From contig JAQTTP010000001.1 in NCBI GenBank assembly GCA_028710695.1, forward strand, positions 120,001-152,000: a DNA stretch of 32,000 nt, given 5' to 3'. Of this stretch, positions 31,952-32,000 are shown one piece after another. Within the stretch, counting starts at the first letter, position 1; every line of letters starts with the position of its first letter. This DNA is from Candidatus Iainarchaeum sp. Its GTDB lineage: Archaea > Iainarchaeota > Iainarchaeia > Iainarchaeales > 0-14-0-20-30-16. The notes under the pieces were generated by a model, which saw only the letters and a program-made list of their open reading frames with translations, was not told the DNA's origin and ran no database searches. The translations under genes were made by a program, and so were the position numbers.

Positions 31952-32000
31952 TAAAATCTTCCTTTAGTCCAAAATTCTTTTGGTAATTTTAATAATATTT

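Noticed and set aside
1-32000. Search for CRISPR arrays, IS elements, integrases, prophage or plasmid modules, and rRNA genes
   Set aside because: No regularly spaced direct repeats, no transposase/integrase/recombinase-like ORFs, no long terminal inverted repeats and no rRNA-like conserved stretches were seen. Composition is uniform apart from short coding-driven GC-rich patches.

Overview
This is a strongly AT-rich, gene-dense chromosomal segment with about 39 protein genes and 2 tRNAs. No rRNA, CRISPR array, integrase, transposase or terminal inverted repeats are visible. All family assignments were made by eye from motifs, with no searches run.

Gene content is archaeal: archaeal DnaG primase, Pus10, a class-I CCA-adding enzyme, an archaeal-type LeuRS, a FlaI/PilB-type ATPase and Lrp/AsnC regulators. 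The short K/I/N-rich proteins, Shine-Dalgarno-like GGAGG/GGTGA sites and patchy metabolism suggest a small-genome, DPANN-like archaeon. That placement is an inference.

Most of the window is housekeeping:
- A thioredoxin / thioredoxin reductase / wHTH operon.
- A concentration of tRNA genes and tRNA-related enzymes: tRNA-Val(UAC), tRNA-Ser(GCU), LeuRS, Pus10, ThiI, the CCA enzyme, a TtcA/TtuA-like PP-loop thiolase and several SAM methyltransferases.
- dTMP kinase, a Na+/H+ antiporter, a Nudix hydrolase and a cold-shock protein.

The best candidate for an undescribed system is a tight three-gene minus-strand operon at 12009->8804. It encodes a 102-aa double-zinc-ribbon protein followed by two large cytoplasmic proteins of 402 and 555 aa. 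The two large proteins are visibly paralogous, sharing ordered motifs (GD-I--G, DDY, IF--PNSE, KG-FQI, L-KF). I cannot place either in any family. The 402-aa protein ends in an extremely Met-rich module and the 555-aa protein ends in a long coiled coil. The operon lies directly downstream of an AmmeMemoRadiSam radical-SAM/Memo pair.

Secondary leads:
- An ORF below the ORF-track threshold (44 aa) is translationally coupled to a TTG-initiated Doc toxin behind an orphan pilus-type ATPase.
- Another ORF below that threshold (52 aa, six Cys) has HiPIP-like cysteine spacing.
- A pore-less voltage-sensor-like membrane protein.
- tRNA-Ser carries C instead of the near-universal U at position 55.
- Mutually exclusive purine/pyrimidine hairpins lie between tRNA-Ser and leuS.
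- A PIN-like three-gene cluster of unknown function sits at the left edge.
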